This document shows, piece by piece, positions 1-10,399 of a DNA stretch of 64,000 nt. Location of the stretch: assembly GCA_964611335.1 (NCBI GenBank), contig CAZSXR010000003.1, positions 461,265-525,264 of the forward strand, read 5' to 3'. Under the pieces are notes generated by a model that did no database searches, had not been told where the DNA came from, and saw nothing but the letters and a program-made list of their open reading frames with translations. Position numbers and translations under genes: made by a program. Origin of the DNA: an uncultured Pseudobdellovibrionaceae bacterium. Its GTDB lineage: Bacteria > Bdellovibrionota_B > Oligoflexia > Oligoflexales > Bog-1112. Positions within the stretch are counted from its first letter, which is position 1. Each line of letters starts with the position of its first letter.

Positions 1-9
1 TAACATTCG

Positions 10-1053
10 ATGAGATTGTTTGCAATGAAAATTCTATTTTTCCTTATATTTTCAAGCGTATTTTCAGGAATCTTATCCAGTTGTCATAAAGATGCAAAAC
101 ACCCAATACTTCTCCATTACCCAGGTTTTACTGAATTTCCTCTTCCACATTTCAATCCTATAAAGCGTACATGGGAAGTCCAAGTTCCTGATCTTGTGGG
201 AGCTTTCAATCCTGGATTTTTACCCTATAAAAATAGTTTTCTATTGATGCCCCGTTTCTATGGAATACAGGGTGCTCGTCATAAAAGTTATTTAGCTGCA
301 ACTAGGTTGAATTCTCATTTTGCACATGAAGGAAAAGTTCAGGTTTTAAAACCTCAGGTAAACGGTAAAGATTTTGATTTTATCGAAGACCCTCGTCCTT
401 TTTATTTTAAAGACGAATTGTGGGTTGCTGTGAGTGGTACTTCTGATTCGGTGATGAATAGAACTCAGCAGATGTTTCTTTCCAAATTGAATGTCGATGA
501 GAATGAAAATTTCCACACAGGACCTTTTCTTCACATGAAAGCATCTCATAAGATCATTAAAAATTTGGCTCCTTTCGAATACAATGGAGAATTGTATTTT
601 GTTTATTCCATGACGCCTCATCGCATTATCAAAGTCGACACACAAACTGGCCATGTTTCTGAAATTGCGAAGACGGAAGGTTTTACGTGGGATTATGGAA
701 AACCAAGGGGTGGTAGTACTGTTGTTCCTTTTGGTGAGGATGAATTTCTAGAAATATTTCATTCTTCAAAAGAATACAGTCTTCCGAATGGATCTAGTAT
801 TCGTATTTATGTGATGGGTGCGTATACTTTTGAAAACAAATTTCCTTTTCGCGTAACTCGCTACACCGAAAAACCGATCTGTGACGAAACGTATTACGAT
901 GAAAGAAACCAACATATGATCATTTTCCCCACCGGAGTTTATGTCAGAGGTGATAGTGTGTTTGTGAGTTTTGGGAAAAATGATGATTCTATGTTTATTT
1001 CAGAAATAGATAGAGATGCACTTGTAAATGGTATGACGGTGATTCCCCTTTAA
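10..1053 (+). CDS. Hypothetical exported lipoprotein (possibly a beta-propeller glycosidase-like fold)
   Basis: 347-aa ORF. The N-terminus MRLFAMKILFFLIFSSVFSGILSSC is a hydrophobic signal with a lipobox-like LSSC. The EDPRPF motif and repeated beta-strand patterns recall GH130/DUF377-type propellers, but this is unconfirmed. Confidence 0.55.
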   Translation: MRLFAMKILFFLIFSSVFSGILSSCHKDAKHPILLHYPGFTEFPLPHFNPIKRTWEVQVPDLVGAFNPGFLPYKNSFLLMPRFYGIQGARHKSYLAATRLNSHFAHEGKVQVLKPQVNGKDFDFIEDPRPFYFKDELWVAVSGTSDSVMNRTQQMFLSKLNVDENENFHTGPFLHMKASHKIIKNLAPFEYNGELYFVYSMTPHRIIKVDTQTGHVSEIAKTEGFTWDYGKPRGGSTVVPFGEDEFLEIFHSSKEYSLPNGSSIRIYVMGAYTFENKFPFRVTRYTEKPICDETYYDERNQHMIIFPTGVYVRGDSVFVSFGKNDDSMFISEIDRDALVNGMTVIPL

Positions 1054-1776
1054 TTAGAGTTTGCCTGGTACTGCGATCAACGCACCATTTACGGTTCTCA
1101 TGGAATCAGTAAAGAGAGAATCCATAATAGCAATCAGATCGTCAGGTTGAATCCACTTTGAAAAATCTTCTTTAGGCATGGCTTTACGATTGCTGAGACT
1201 GTCTATAACATTGGGCATCAATGCGTTGACGGTGATGCCATGGTTGGAAACTTCACGAGCAAGGCATTGTGTGAGCATGTTTAAAGCTGCTTTGCTTGCT
1301 AAATACAAACTCATACCTTCCGATCCTCTTCCTTGAGTGGAAAGAGTTGAAATGAAAATCACACAACCATTTCTTGCTTTTTTCATGTGAGGAATCACGG
1401 AACGGGAAAGGTGCCAACAGGATTTGAAATTGCTTCCAAAGAGAGCTTCATAATCTGCTTCCTGGGTATCCTCAATGATCGCGTGGCGAAAGGCGCCGGC
1501 TGTTGAAATTGCAGCGTCTATAGTTCCCAGAAAAGATATGGCTTTGTCTACAAGTTCTGCGCTTGATTTCTGAACACTGAGATCTCCTGCAAGAGCGAGA
1601 TGCTTATCGCTGTTGTGTAAGTTCCCAAGAAAGTGGATGAGTTCATCCCTCTGGGCTTGGGTTTGAACGATAGAAACAACGTGTTTTCCGTCACCTAGAA
1701 ATTTTTTTGCAGTTTCTCTTCCGAGATTTCCTGCTGCTCCAGCAACGAGTATGTTTTTTATTTGAGCACGATTCAT
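1054..1776 (-). CDS. Short-chain dehydrogenase/reductase (SDR) family oxidoreductase
   Basis: 240 aa. N-terminal Rossmann motif VAGAAGNLG, catalytic YLASK (YxxxK), and NALMPNVIDS typical of classical SDRs. Confidence 0.85.
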   Translation of the reverse strand: MNRAQIKNILVAGAAGNLGRETAKKFLGDGKHVVSIVQTQAQRDELIHFLGNLHNSDKHLALAGDLSVQKSSAELVDKAISFLGTIDAAISTAGAFRHAIIEDTQEADYEALFGSNFKSCWHLSRSVIPHMKKARNGCVIFISTLSTQGRGSEGMSLYLASKAALNMLTQCLAREVSNHGITVNALMPNVIDSLSNRKAMPKEDFSKWIQPDDLIAIMDSLFTDSMRTVNGALIAVPGKL

Positions 1777-1973
1777 GGCCGTCCCCTTTTTCCTATTCTT
1801 GACAAAAACTCATTTAGGATTATCTCTTATTCAAGGACCGAAACCAATAGAAGTGAGTGAGTCGCTGTCGCGAATTGGAACCTGCGGTTCTAAGTCTCCC
1901 TTTTTTATCGAGAGTTTTGTGAGAGTTTGTTCGATTTTTTTGTAAAAACTGTATTTCTCTACAGAGACGAGTT

Positions 1974-2852
1974 ATGGAAGATTATTATAAAATTTTAGGT
2001 GTAGATAAGTCTGCATCTCTTGACGAGATCAAAAAAGCATATCGCAAACTTGCATTGGAACACCATCCAGACCGTAATGCAGGGAATAAGAAAGCTGAGG
2101 AGAAATTTAAGGGAATCAGCGAAGCCTATGCTGTTTTAAGTGATCCTGAAAAAAGGCGTCAGTACGATACGGTCGGTGCATCTGGCTTTCATCAGAGATA
2201 CTCGCAAGACGATATTTTTAAAGGAACTGATTTTAGCTCTTTCTTCGATGATATGGGTGGGTTTGAAAGTATTTTCGGTCGCATGTTTGGCGGGGGAGGG
2301 GGTGGCTTTCAACAAAGAGCACCTTCTAAAGGACAGGATGTTGAATACGGGCTGCAAATTTCATTCGAGGAAGCTTATAAGGGTGTTGAAAAAGCCATAG
2401 ATGTTTCTTTGAGCAATGGTGAACGTAGACACTTCAAAATCAAAATTCCAGCAGGTGTTCGCGAGGGTGGACGTTTGCGAGTTGCAGGCAAAGGGGCCAG
2501 CGCAGGGAATTCGAGAGCTAAGCCCGGGGACCTGTTTGTTGTGATTCATATAGCCCCTGATGCTCGGTTTTCTCGCGTGGGAGACGATATCGAAGTGAAA
2601 ATGCCGGTAAAGTTCTCTGACATTTTTCTGGGTAATTCTTGTGAAGTCCAAACCTTGGACGGCTCTCGCAAGATTAAGGTTCCTGCAGGTGTCAAAATGG
2701 GTACGAAGATACGACTTCGTAATTTGGGATTTCCTCATGTTGGGAAAGCAACTCGTGGGGATCTCTTTGCTGTCGTAGACCTCGCGATTCCGAGCAAACT
2801 GAGTGATGCACAGTTGAAAGCTGTTGAGTCTTTGAAGGCTGTTGGCCTCTAA
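1974..2852 (+). CDS. cbpA: DnaJ-family co-chaperone, CbpA-like (J domain plus Gly-rich linker plus C-terminal substrate-binding domains, no zinc finger)
   Basis: DYYKILGV...HPDRN J-domain with the HPD motif, a GGGGGGF linker, two DnaJ C-terminal-type beta domains, and no CxxCxGxG repeats. At 292 aa the length is similar to CbpA. Confidence 0.8.
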   Translation: MEDYYKILGVDKSASLDEIKKAYRKLALEHHPDRNAGNKKAEEKFKGISEAYAVLSDPEKRRQYDTVGASGFHQRYSQDDIFKGTDFSSFFDDMGGFESIFGRMFGGGGGGFQQRAPSKGQDVEYGLQISFEEAYKGVEKAIDVSLSNGERRHFKIKIPAGVREGGRLRVAGKGASAGNSRAKPGDLFVVIHIAPDARFSRVGDDIEVKMPVKFSDIFLGNSCEVQTLDGSRKIKVPAGVKMGTKIRLRNLGFPHVGKATRGDLFAVVDLAIPSKLSDAQLKAVESLKAVGL

Positions 2853-3013
2853 TTTTAGCTATTTTGAAAGCTTCCCTCTTTATGCTCTAAGATTCCAACA
2901 TATTAGATATTTGCTATTTCTCCTTGGATGTGTTACCGAGGATCGTTAATTATATATGTTTAACTTTTTTCGCCACTCAGTCCACTTGGACCCAACAGGA
3001 GAACTTACGTTCT

Positions 3014-4789
3014 ATGAATCCAGCCACAACCTCTAAACTACCGGGCATCGGGTATGTAAAATGGGAAGATGCAGATAATGCCGCATTCGATGAAGATTTT
3101 GGAGATTCCAAAGAATTCAACGACTTGCTTGGAGAACTTGAAGAGAGTTCCGCTGTTAAAGAAGGAATGATCGTTGAAGGTCTCGTCGTAGGCATTAACG
3201 AAGATGTCGTGAGAATCGACATCGGTCACAAGACGGAAGGTGAAGTTCCGGTCCATGAGTTTCGTGCTCCAAGCGGCGAACTTAAGGTAAAAGTTGGTGA
3301 TAAAGTTGAAGTTTATTTAGACTCCTTCGAAGATGGCGATGGGGAAATGATCTTGTCCCGCGAGCGCGCAGAAATGTTGCGAGCTTGGGATCGTATCGAA
3401 GAAGCTTATGAAAAAGGTGAAGTTGTCGAAGGTATGGTTATGGCCCGTGTTAAAGGCGGTCTATCTGTCGACATCGGTGTAAAAGCCTTCTTGCCTGGGT
3501 CTCAAGTAGATCTTCGTCCTGTTCGTAATCTTGACAAGCTGATCAACAGCAGCTTCAGTTTCAAAATCATTAAATTCAACAAAAAACGTGGAAATATCGT
3601 ATTGAGTCGTCGTGCTCTTCTTGAGCAGGATCGCGAAAAACTCCGTTCTGAAACTTTGGGTAATCTCAAAGAGGGTGCGGTACTTAAAGGTATAGTCAAG
3701 AACATCACCGATTACGGTGCATTTATTGATCTTGGTGGTATCGACGGTCTTCTCCATATTACAGATATGTCATGGGGACGTATCAATCATCCTTCTCAAC
3801 TTTTCGAAGTGGGACAAGAGATTGATGTTAAAGTTCTCAACTACGATGAATCTCGTCAGAGAGTATCTCTCGGTTACAAGCAATTACAAATTGATCCATG
3901 GGAAAAAGCTTCTGCAAAATACCAAGTGGGAACAAAAACACGTGGAGCTGTCGTTAGCTTGACAGACTACGGTGCGTTTGTAGAGCTTGAAGATGGTATT
4001 GAGGGTCTCATTCATATCAGTGAGATGTCATGGTCAAAGCGTATTCGCCACCCATCTAAAGTTGTTTCTATCGGTGATGAAGTCGACGTAGTTGTACTTG
4101 CAATCGATCAGGAAGCACGACGCATCAGCCTCGGTATGAAGCAGATGGAACCAAATCCGTGGGAAATCGTGAAAGAAAAATATCGCGTAGGTGATATTAT
4201 TCGTGGTCATATCCGTAACATTACAGACTTCGGTATCTTTGTAGGTATTGAAGACGGAATCGACGGATTGATTCATATTTCTGATATCAGCTGGTACGAT
4301 CGTATTAAACACCCAGGTGACCTATACAAGAAGGGTGATGAGATCGAAGCGAAGATTCTGCAAATCGATACGGAAGGTGAGAAATTCTCACTGGGTATTA
4401 AGCAGCTTCAGGAAGATCCATGGAACTCTGCTGCGAAGGAATTCCCACAGGGATCCAAAGGTACGGGTAAAGTTACGAAGTTGACAGACTACGGAGCTTT
4501 CGTACAGTTGGCGCGCGGTGTAGAAGGCATGATTCATATCAGTGAACTTGATGTGAAAGAAGTTACAAAGCCCGGTGACGTTGTAAAAGAAGGCGACGAC
4601 ATTGATTTCGTAGTTCTTGCATGCGATGCTGAAGAACGCCGTTTCTCTTTATCAAGAAAAGCGCATCTTAAAGGTATCGACGGGGATGAACTGAAGAAGT
4701 ACATGACGACCATCAGTGAGCCACAAACTGTGTTTGCGAACGCCTTTACACAAGCTAAAGAAGACTTGGAAAAGAAGAACGTAAAATAG
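3014..4789 (+). CDS. rpsA: 30S ribosomal protein S1
   Basis: Six tandem S1 domains with recurring G.V..iTDyGaFV.l..GieGLiHiSEmSW motifs. I prefer ATG 3014, preceded by AGGAGA at 2997-3002, over the TTG at 2924 used by the ORF track. Confidence 0.93.
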   Translation: MNPATTSKLPGIGYVKWEDADNAAFDEDFGDSKEFNDLLGELEESSAVKEGMIVEGLVVGINEDVVRIDIGHKTEGEVPVHEFRAPSGELKVKVGDKVEVYLDSFEDGDGEMILSRERAEMLRAWDRIEEAYEKGEVVEGMVMARVKGGLSVDIGVKAFLPGSQVDLRPVRNLDKLINSSFSFKIIKFNKKRGNIVLSRRALLEQDREKLRSETLGNLKEGAVLKGIVKNITDYGAFIDLGGIDGLLHITDMSWGRINHPSQLFEVGQEIDVKVLNYDESRQRVSLGYKQLQIDPWEKASAKYQVGTKTRGAVVSLTDYGAFVELEDGIEGLIHISEMSWSKRIRHPSKVVSIGDEVDVVVLAIDQEARRISLGMKQMEPNPWEIVKEKYRVGDIIRGHIRNITDFGIFVGIEDGIDGLIHISDISWYDRIKHPGDLYKKGDEIEAKILQIDTEGEKFSLGIKQLQEDPWNSAAKEFPQGSKGTGKVTKLTDYGAFVQLARGVEGMIHISELDVKEVTKPGDVVKEGDDIDFVVLACDAEERRFSLSRKAHLKGIDGDELKKYMTTISEPQTVFANAFTQAKEDLEKKNVK

Positions 4790-4819
4790 TTTTAGCACAA
4801 TACATCTCAGTGTAAAAAG

Positions 4820-4860
4820 TCGAGGGGAGTTTTTAAAAAAGACTCCCCTCGATTTGTATT
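4820..4860 (+). terminator. Rho-independent terminator after rpsA
   Basis: Perfect 11-bp stem TCGAGGGGAGT (4820-4830) / ACTCCCCTCGA (4842-4852), followed by TTTGTATT. Confidence 0.7.
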
Positions 4861-4886
4861 AGGACAAAAAAATAGAGAGGGATTCC

Positions 4887-6260
4887 TTGAACGGAACTAA
4901 AGTCACTCTAGCAAGAGAGTTTGCGTACGATACGTTTATAAGTGTAGTCGAAGAGGGGAGATCTCCCGAGCTTTTGCTTGAAGAAGGTTACCGGAATTAC
5001 GGTGCTAATCTGAGTCGTCTCGACAAAGCCTTTATCAAAGAAATGCTTTATGGTGCTTTGCGTTGGTATTCGAAAATCTATTGGATTGTTCAAAATACTT
5101 CCAAACGTGATTTAAAAAAATCTTCACCTGAAATCCGTTCTGCTTTGGTTCTTGGAGCCTATCAAATTTTCTATATGGATCGAGTACCGGATAGGGCTGC
5201 TGTCAATGAAAGTGTGGAATATGTACGGAAAAAGGGGCAGGCATCAGGGAGCGGTTTTGTAAATGGAATCCTAAGGTCTATTGCACGTCGTGCAGAGTAT
5301 TTTCCAAAACCTGATAAGGATAAAAATCCTTCGGAATATCTTTCCTTACAATATGCACATCCGCAATGGATTGTTCAGCGTTGGTCAAAGTATTTCAATT
5401 TTGAAAAAATGAAAGACATATTATCCAGTAATAATCAAATTCCTCCCTGCACTGTTCGTATAAACAGTATGAAAGTTACTGCAGAAGGGTTACCCGAATT
5501 TCGTTCTTTGCTTTTGAAAGAAGAAAAGAACCACTCGGAACGTAAAGCCCTTCGTTCCTGTTTGCAGCTTAGGGAATTTCCTTCTTTTGAAGAAAAAAGT
5601 CTCTTTCAACGAGGCTATTACACCATTCAAGATGAGTCTTCTCAGTTGATTTCCCATTTGGTGGATCCTCAGAAGAGTCAATGTATCATCGATGCCTGTG
5701 CAGGTAAGGGTGGGAAAACAGGCCATATATACGAATTGGCTCAAGGGGATTTAAAACTCATCGCACTTGATAAAAGTCCTGCTCAATTAATTCTTGCTCA
5801 GGAGAGTATGAAGAGATTGGGGCATGAAGGTATAGAGTGGGTTGAAAGTGATTTTCTAGATTATAAACCATCTCAAATGCCCGATAAAATTTTACTCGAT
5901 GCTCCCTGTTCTGGTTTGGGTGTGCTCAGAAGGCATCCTGAAGGAAAGTGGCAGAAAACGCTTTCTATTATTCCTACACTGTCTCGTTTGCAGCGTTCTC
6001 TTATCACACATGCACTTGAAATTTTGAAACCTGGTGGAGAATTGATCTACTCCGTCTGTTCTTTTGAAAGAGAAGAGATGATGGAACATCTCGAATGGCT
6101 TTTGAAAACTTACGGAAAAAAAGTAGAACTGATTTCCCCTGTGTCTCGGCTTCCTGATTATTACAAACGGTTTGTCACTCGTGACAATGTTCTTCTCGTC
6201 TATTCGGGGAATGCAGATTCCATGGATGGATTTGCAGCGTTTATTGTTCGTAAACTCTAG
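4887..6260 (+). CDS. rsmB: 16S rRNA (cytosine-C5)-methyltransferase RsmB/Sun
   Basis: NusB-like N-terminal domain. SAM MTase motifs DACAGKGGKT, DAPCSGLGVLRRHPE and the catalytic YSVCS. TTG start. Confidence 0.85.
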   Translation: MNGTKVTLAREFAYDTFISVVEEGRSPELLLEEGYRNYGANLSRLDKAFIKEMLYGALRWYSKIYWIVQNTSKRDLKKSSPEIRSALVLGAYQIFYMDRVPDRAAVNESVEYVRKKGQASGSGFVNGILRSIARRAEYFPKPDKDKNPSEYLSLQYAHPQWIVQRWSKYFNFEKMKDILSSNNQIPPCTVRINSMKVTAEGLPEFRSLLLKEEKNHSERKALRSCLQLREFPSFEEKSLFQRGYYTIQDESSQLISHLVDPQKSQCIIDACAGKGGKTGHIYELAQGDLKLIALDKSPAQLILAQESMKRLGHEGIEWVESDFLDYKPSQMPDKILLDAPCSGLGVLRRHPEGKWQKTLSIIPTLSRLQRSLITHALEILKPGGELIYSVCSFEREEMMEHLEWLLKTYGKKVELISPVSRLPDYYKRFVTRDNVLLVYSGNADSMDGFAAFIVRKL

Positions 6261-6278
6261 TTTTTGAAAGGAGAGTAC

Positions 6279-6704
6279 GTGACCGACGAAGAGTTTAAAA
6301 AACTATATACCGATTGCTATCACTGTGACGTGCGGTGGGGTGATCTCGATGCAATGCAGCATATGAATAACACCGTATTCTTCAGATTTTTTGAAAGTTC
6401 CCGAATGGCGTTTTGGACTCGTCTTGAGCAGGCTATTCAAGGTCAGTATCCGAAAGAATGGGGTCCCATACTTGCTGCAACATCCTGTCAGTTCAAACGT
6501 CCCGTGTATTATCCTGACAATGTCATCACAGGTACAAAAGTTATAAAGATGGAAGAAGAACGTTTTGTGATGGAACATGCAATCTGGAGTGAGCGAGAGC
6601 AGAATATTGTTGCGAAGGGCGATGCTGTGGTTGTGAGTTATGATTACAGCACGAAGAAGAAAATTCCAGTTCCTAAAGTATGGAAGCAGTTTATGGGTTT
6701 TTAG
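6279..6704 (+). CDS. Acyl-CoA thioesterase, 4HBT/YbgC-like hotdog fold
   Basis: VRWGDLDAMQHMNNTVFFRFFESSRMAFW matches the 4HBT active-site region. The GTG at 6279, preceded by AAAGGAGAG (6267-6275), is preferred to the TTG at 6264. Confidence 0.72.
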   Translation: MTDEEFKKLYTDCYHCDVRWGDLDAMQHMNNTVFFRFFESSRMAFWTRLEQAIQGQYPKEWGPILAATSCQFKRPVYYPDNVITGTKVIKMEEERFVMEHAIWSEREQNIVAKGDAVVVSYDYSTKKKIPVPKVWKQFMGF

Positions 6705-7188
6705 GTGGTTTTGTGGTTAAATTCAATTTGCTATCTATCCAATAAATTTTCGAGTAGGTATCCCCACCATATCTTCCGCTACCAAAAATTTTGTGAAGTT
6801 CGTAGATTGCAAAAGGTATTTTTATTTGCTTACTGTATGTTATGAAGGCATTTGAAGTTAAATGTGCTCCGCTGAAAATTTGTGGAAATTTATTTTCCCG
6901 AATTCTGATAACGAGCGGGAATTCTAATTTTTCAGAGCTTGGATCATCATCTTCTTTGGATTCGAAAATGCGAACAGTTCCTGAACCTAGAATTTGTATT
7001 CTTTTTTCACTTTGGGAAGATCGGATGAAGAGTTCCTTATGATCCTTGCTTCTGGTAATGGTAAAACCATACTTTTGAACAAACCCAAACTTTTGAATTA
7101 TATCGTCACTTGAAGCTTGAAGAATAAGAGATGAGAATACACATGAGAACACACATGCAAATTTGGCAAAAATAAAATTCCTAAACAT
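6691..7188 (-). CDS. Hypothetical secreted protein
   Basis: An ORF with the internal start MFRNFIFAKFACVFSCVFSSLILQASS, a clean signal peptide. ATG at 7188. No recognisable family. Confidence 0.45.
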   Translation of the reverse strand: MFRNFIFAKFACVFSCVFSSLILQASSDDIIQKFGFVQKYGFTITRSKDHKELFIRSSQSEKRIQILGSGTVRIFESKEDDDPSSEKLEFPLVIRIRENKFPQIFSGAHLTSNAFITYSKQIKIPFAIYELHKIFGSGRYGGDTYSKIYWIDSKLNLTTKPPKNP

Positions 7189-7359
7189 AAAGACCCTTCT
7201 CTGGTAAAAGTAAAAACGACATAGTTTCCTAACAAGTTTCGTATAAATTACAAACCAAAAAATCAGCGCCATTCAAATGTAGAAGCACTTTTTGGAAAAA
7301 TTTTTAGCATGTGTTAGAATCTTCTTTATAATTTCTTTAAATTGAGAATAGAGGTAGAG

Positions 7360-7989
7360 ATGCGTTGGATTGTCTTCTTAGGTGGGAGTATTTATTTTTT
7401 TCTTGTGAAACCAACGACAGGTATTGCTGAAGATTTGTTTTTTCCTTCTTACAGAGTTTTGCAAAAAACACTCAGTAGCTATGTGGAAAATTCAAGCAAT
7501 CGTGTTTTCCTTGTAACTCGGACCATGAATGATCGAGATTTTGCGGAGACACTTATAAGTGCAAGAAAAAGAGGAGTGGATGTAAAGCTTCTATTGGGAC
7601 CTCTTCGAAAAGAGACGAAGGGGGCTACAAGTGTGCTGAACATGCTCACAGTAAACGATATACTCTTTAAATTTGACAGAGATCTAAGAGTTGAAACGAC
7701 TGCGGCTTTACTTTTTGACGACAGACTTTATTGGGTGAAAACTCTTTTAGGAGATCAAGCTTCCCACAGCCCGCTTATATTAGAATCTATAGAAAATAGG
7801 AGGAAAGTAGAAGCATTCAAGCGCTATTTTGATACGCATTGGGGTCAGCTCGACTCGTCCTCGCTTGCTCAATTGGAGTGGGATCAGCTTCCTTCTGTTT
7901 ATAATTATAAAACTCAGAAAAAAGTAAGAGCAGATCCTCATTTGACGAAGAAGTTACCAAAAAATTTAAAAAGTGAGTTAAGGGAATAG
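7360..7989 (+). CDS. Exported PLD-like domain protein with a degenerate HKD motif
   Basis: AETLISARKRGVDVKLLLG resembles the phospholipase D/Nuc family helix, but TAALLFDD sits where HxKxxxxD is expected. ATG 7360 after GAGGTAGAG. N-terminal hydrophobic segment. Confidence 0.35.
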   Translation: MRWIVFLGGSIYFFLVKPTTGIAEDLFFPSYRVLQKTLSSYVENSSNRVFLVTRTMNDRDFAETLISARKRGVDVKLLLGPLRKETKGATSVLNMLTVNDILFKFDRDLRVETTAALLFDDRLYWVKTLLGDQASHSPLILESIENRRKVEAFKRYFDTHWGQLDSSSLAQLEWDQLPSVYNYKTQKKVRADPHLTKKLPKNLKSELRE

Positions 7990-8104
7990 GCGTACTCACC
8001 AAACTATGTCATAATTGATAAGCAGGGTCTTTGAAAGAGGAGACGTATTCTGCACCAACACCATGGGAGGTATCCCTGCAAGGGTTCACATCTAGGGAGT
8101 TGCA

Positions 8105-8647
8105 ATGATGACGAAAGTCAGAGAACACTCTTTTAGTCTCTCTGCTCCAAAAATCCCCCTCTTCGAAAATTTCCCCGATCTCCTTCTTTCCACAAATTCA
8201 GATGGATTCATCCTTTCAGCAAACCTTCAACTCACACCGATCTTGGGTTTTAAAGTGGAGGATCTTTTAGGAACAAGACTAGATCCCGCTTTTTTTGAAA
8301 AGATAAAAAAAGATCTAAGATTTGAATGTAAGTTAAGAACTCAGGCAGGAACTTTAGTTCCTGTAGAAGTCCGAGTTCTCCTGCAAGAAGGCTCCTTTTT
8401 ACTTGTCGTACGTGATCTGCGTGATGCTTATCCTATGAATGAGTTTGCAAACAACATTTTACAGAAAATCCGCAATACGCTTTCCGTGTTGGGTGCGCAA
8501 CATTATTTTATGAAGCATAATGCGGATCGACTAGATACACAGAAATTTCTCGATGGATTGGATATTATTCAAAAAGCAAGTTCGAAAATGGAATCTTTCA
8601 CGAAGGAACTTCAAGTCCCCAAGGAAGAATTTTTTAGGCTCATTTGA
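8105..8647 (+). CDS. Small PAS-like domain protein
   Basis: 180 aa. FPDLLLSTNSDGFILSANLQLTPILGFKVEDLLG resembles a PAS core. There is no output domain. Confidence 0.4.
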   Translation: MMTKVREHSFSLSAPKIPLFENFPDLLLSTNSDGFILSANLQLTPILGFKVEDLLGTRLDPAFFEKIKKDLRFECKLRTQAGTLVPVEVRVLLQEGSFLLVVRDLRDAYPMNEFANNILQKIRNTLSVLGAQHYFMKHNADRLDTQKFLDGLDIIQKASSKMESFTKELQVPKEEFFRLI

Positions 8648-8671
8648 CTCTTATCAAAATGCCTTCTCGGT

Positions 8672-10270
8672 TTAGAAAATTTTCTGCAGAATCTCTAAAT
8701 TCATCTTATAAATTTCTTTAAACCTTTCTTTACTCCATAGAGGACCCTGTGTGATAAGTTTGATGGAATCATACAAAGGTTTGTATTCTGGATTTTGAAT
8801 TTGATTCTGTCCTGATAAAACAGACTCCTCATAGCCTCCAGGCACATCTCTTTTGAAATGCCCAATACGCCATTTATTCATAGACGGCAATCGCGCTAAA
8901 AAAGGATCGCTCATGCCTAGTGGATCGATGACGATTTTCTCTAAACCTACACAGTATCCTAAATATCCAATGCTGGTTCGATAGAAAAGTTTAGTTTCAG
9001 AATCTCTCATCTGTGTTCCATCTATGCACCAAGGATGTATGGGGAATGGCTTTGAAGAATCAGAATTCATCCATTCTTTTAAGGAAGTATAGGGATAAAA
9101 AGCCCAGTGCTCATCGGCAACCCCATGATTGTCTATTTTCCATTCGTAGTGATATTTATTCGTATGCAGAGGCGAGAAGGGAGAAAAAAATCCGAAGGCA
9201 CAGATCCAAATAAAGGCAAACCTATAACTTTTAGGATAATATTTGAAAACAAGCTTGGATGGAATCCCTTCAATGTTCAGAGATAGTTGGTATAGAAGGA
9301 TGATAAATGCCGTTAGAAAATCGACTGCAATAAATCGACCTGACATAAAGTCACCACCTACACGCAGGACATAAAGAATATGGATGGCAACTCCAGACAG
9401 AACGAAAAGTAACCATTCAGGTCCTTTTGTAGCTGTGTAATATAAAGAAAATATTACGACAAAGAGAGTTGGAAAGTCCCAAGTAAAAGAATTGTACAAG
9501 TAATTCCAACCCTGTATGAACATGTCAACTTCCAAAATTCCTGTATTCAATTTTGCATAAGCTGTATTGGGAAAAGGAAATCCAAAATAGAATGTTGCAA
9601 AAAGTGTCCATAAAGTGAAGGGAAGTGTGCAAAGTATCAGAGATTTTAACAATGATATTTTAGGAAATTTGCGATAGCGGTAGAGCACTAAACAAAAACC
9701 TGGAAAAAAGAGTCCTAGAAGATCATGTCGTGTAAGAAGTGCAAGAGTGAATGTTAATACCAGTTTTTGAAAACTGGATATTTCCAAATCTTTGTTTTTT
9801 GTGTTTTGCATCTTGAATATTTGAGCAAGAAATAGAGTTGTCAAAAGGAAAGAGAGAGGATTTTCAAGTCCTGAAGTGAGGAAATCCATCATAGATTTTG
9901 TGAAGCATAAGATGAGGACAAAAAACGCAAGGATTGTTGTATTTCTTAGGCTTTTATTTACAACGTAAATCATGGCTCCACAGCACAGTGTTGAGAGCAG
10001 TAGCATGTTTAAATAGTGTGATGTGGAAAAAGTTCTAAAAAGGACCAAGAGGAAGAACCAAAGAGGACTAGTGAAAACTTGTACACGTTCGTGCGGGTTC
10101 CAGACCAGTCCGTTTCCTGCAAAAAATTGTTCGATCATGCGGACTTGTATGTAAGCGTCTTCAGTTGCCCATGCGTGCTTGAAAAAGAGGTAGATGAAAA
10201 AGGCGAAGGAGAAGCTTTGGAAGAGTAGGATTTTATTTTTTATCAGGAGCAATCTAGGATTCATATTCAC
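8672..10270 (-). CDS. Polytopic membrane protein, putative GT-C type glycosyltransferase
   Basis: 532 aa with at least 10 hydrophobic helices, an acidic first-loop motif (ATEDAY), and a soluble C-terminal domain. The architecture resembles ArnT/arabinofuranosyltransferase-like GT-C enzymes. Confidence 0.5.
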   Translation of the reverse strand: MNMNPRLLLIKNKILLFQSFSFAFFIYLFFKHAWATEDAYIQVRMIEQFFAGNGLVWNPHERVQVFTSPLWFFLLVLFRTFSTSHYLNMLLLSTLCCGAMIYVVNKSLRNTTILAFFVLILCFTKSMMDFLTSGLENPLSFLLTTLFLAQIFKMQNTKNKDLEISSFQKLVLTFTLALLTRHDLLGLFFPGFCLVLYRYRKFPKISLLKSLILCTLPFTLWTLFATFYFGFPFPNTAYAKLNTGILEVDMFIQGWNYLYNSFTWDFPTLFVVIFSLYYTATKGPEWLLFVLSGVAIHILYVLRVGGDFMSGRFIAVDFLTAFIILLYQLSLNIEGIPSKLVFKYYPKSYRFAFIWICAFGFFSPFSPLHTNKYHYEWKIDNHGVADEHWAFYPYTSLKEWMNSDSSKPFPIHPWCIDGTQMRDSETKLFYRTSIGYLGYCVGLEKIVIDPLGMSDPFLARLPSMNKWRIGHFKRDVPGGYEESVLSGQNQIQNPEYKPLYDSIKLITQGPLWSKERFKEIYKMNLEILQKIF

Positions 10271-10399
10271 TCCAAATTATTGGTATGAAGTGATTATAAC
10301 ATGGATCCAATTCACAGGTTTATTGTTTCCTCAAGTCTTCGAGGAAAGAGCCTACGGGCACTCGCGTGGCTCCCCTTTCCGCTCCCAACTTCACCCTCC

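Noticed and set aside
1799-1826. A sigma-70-like promoter, TTGACA-N16-TATCTC, upstream of the DnaJ-like gene
   Set aside because: The -35 is perfect, but the -10 is weak and lies about 150 nt from the start codon. It cannot be supported without transcription start site data.
2924-3013. TTG start at 2924 for rpsA (the ORF-track start)
   Set aside because: The extra 30 residues (MDVLPRIVNYICLTFFATQS...) are unlike S1 N-termini. ATG 3014 has a strong AGGAGA RBS.
10300-10399. A possible terminator downstream of proline dehydrogenase (GAGCC...GGCTC, and CCTCAAGTCTTCGAGG)
   Set aside because: The stems are only 4-5 bp with poor loops and no convincing U-tract.
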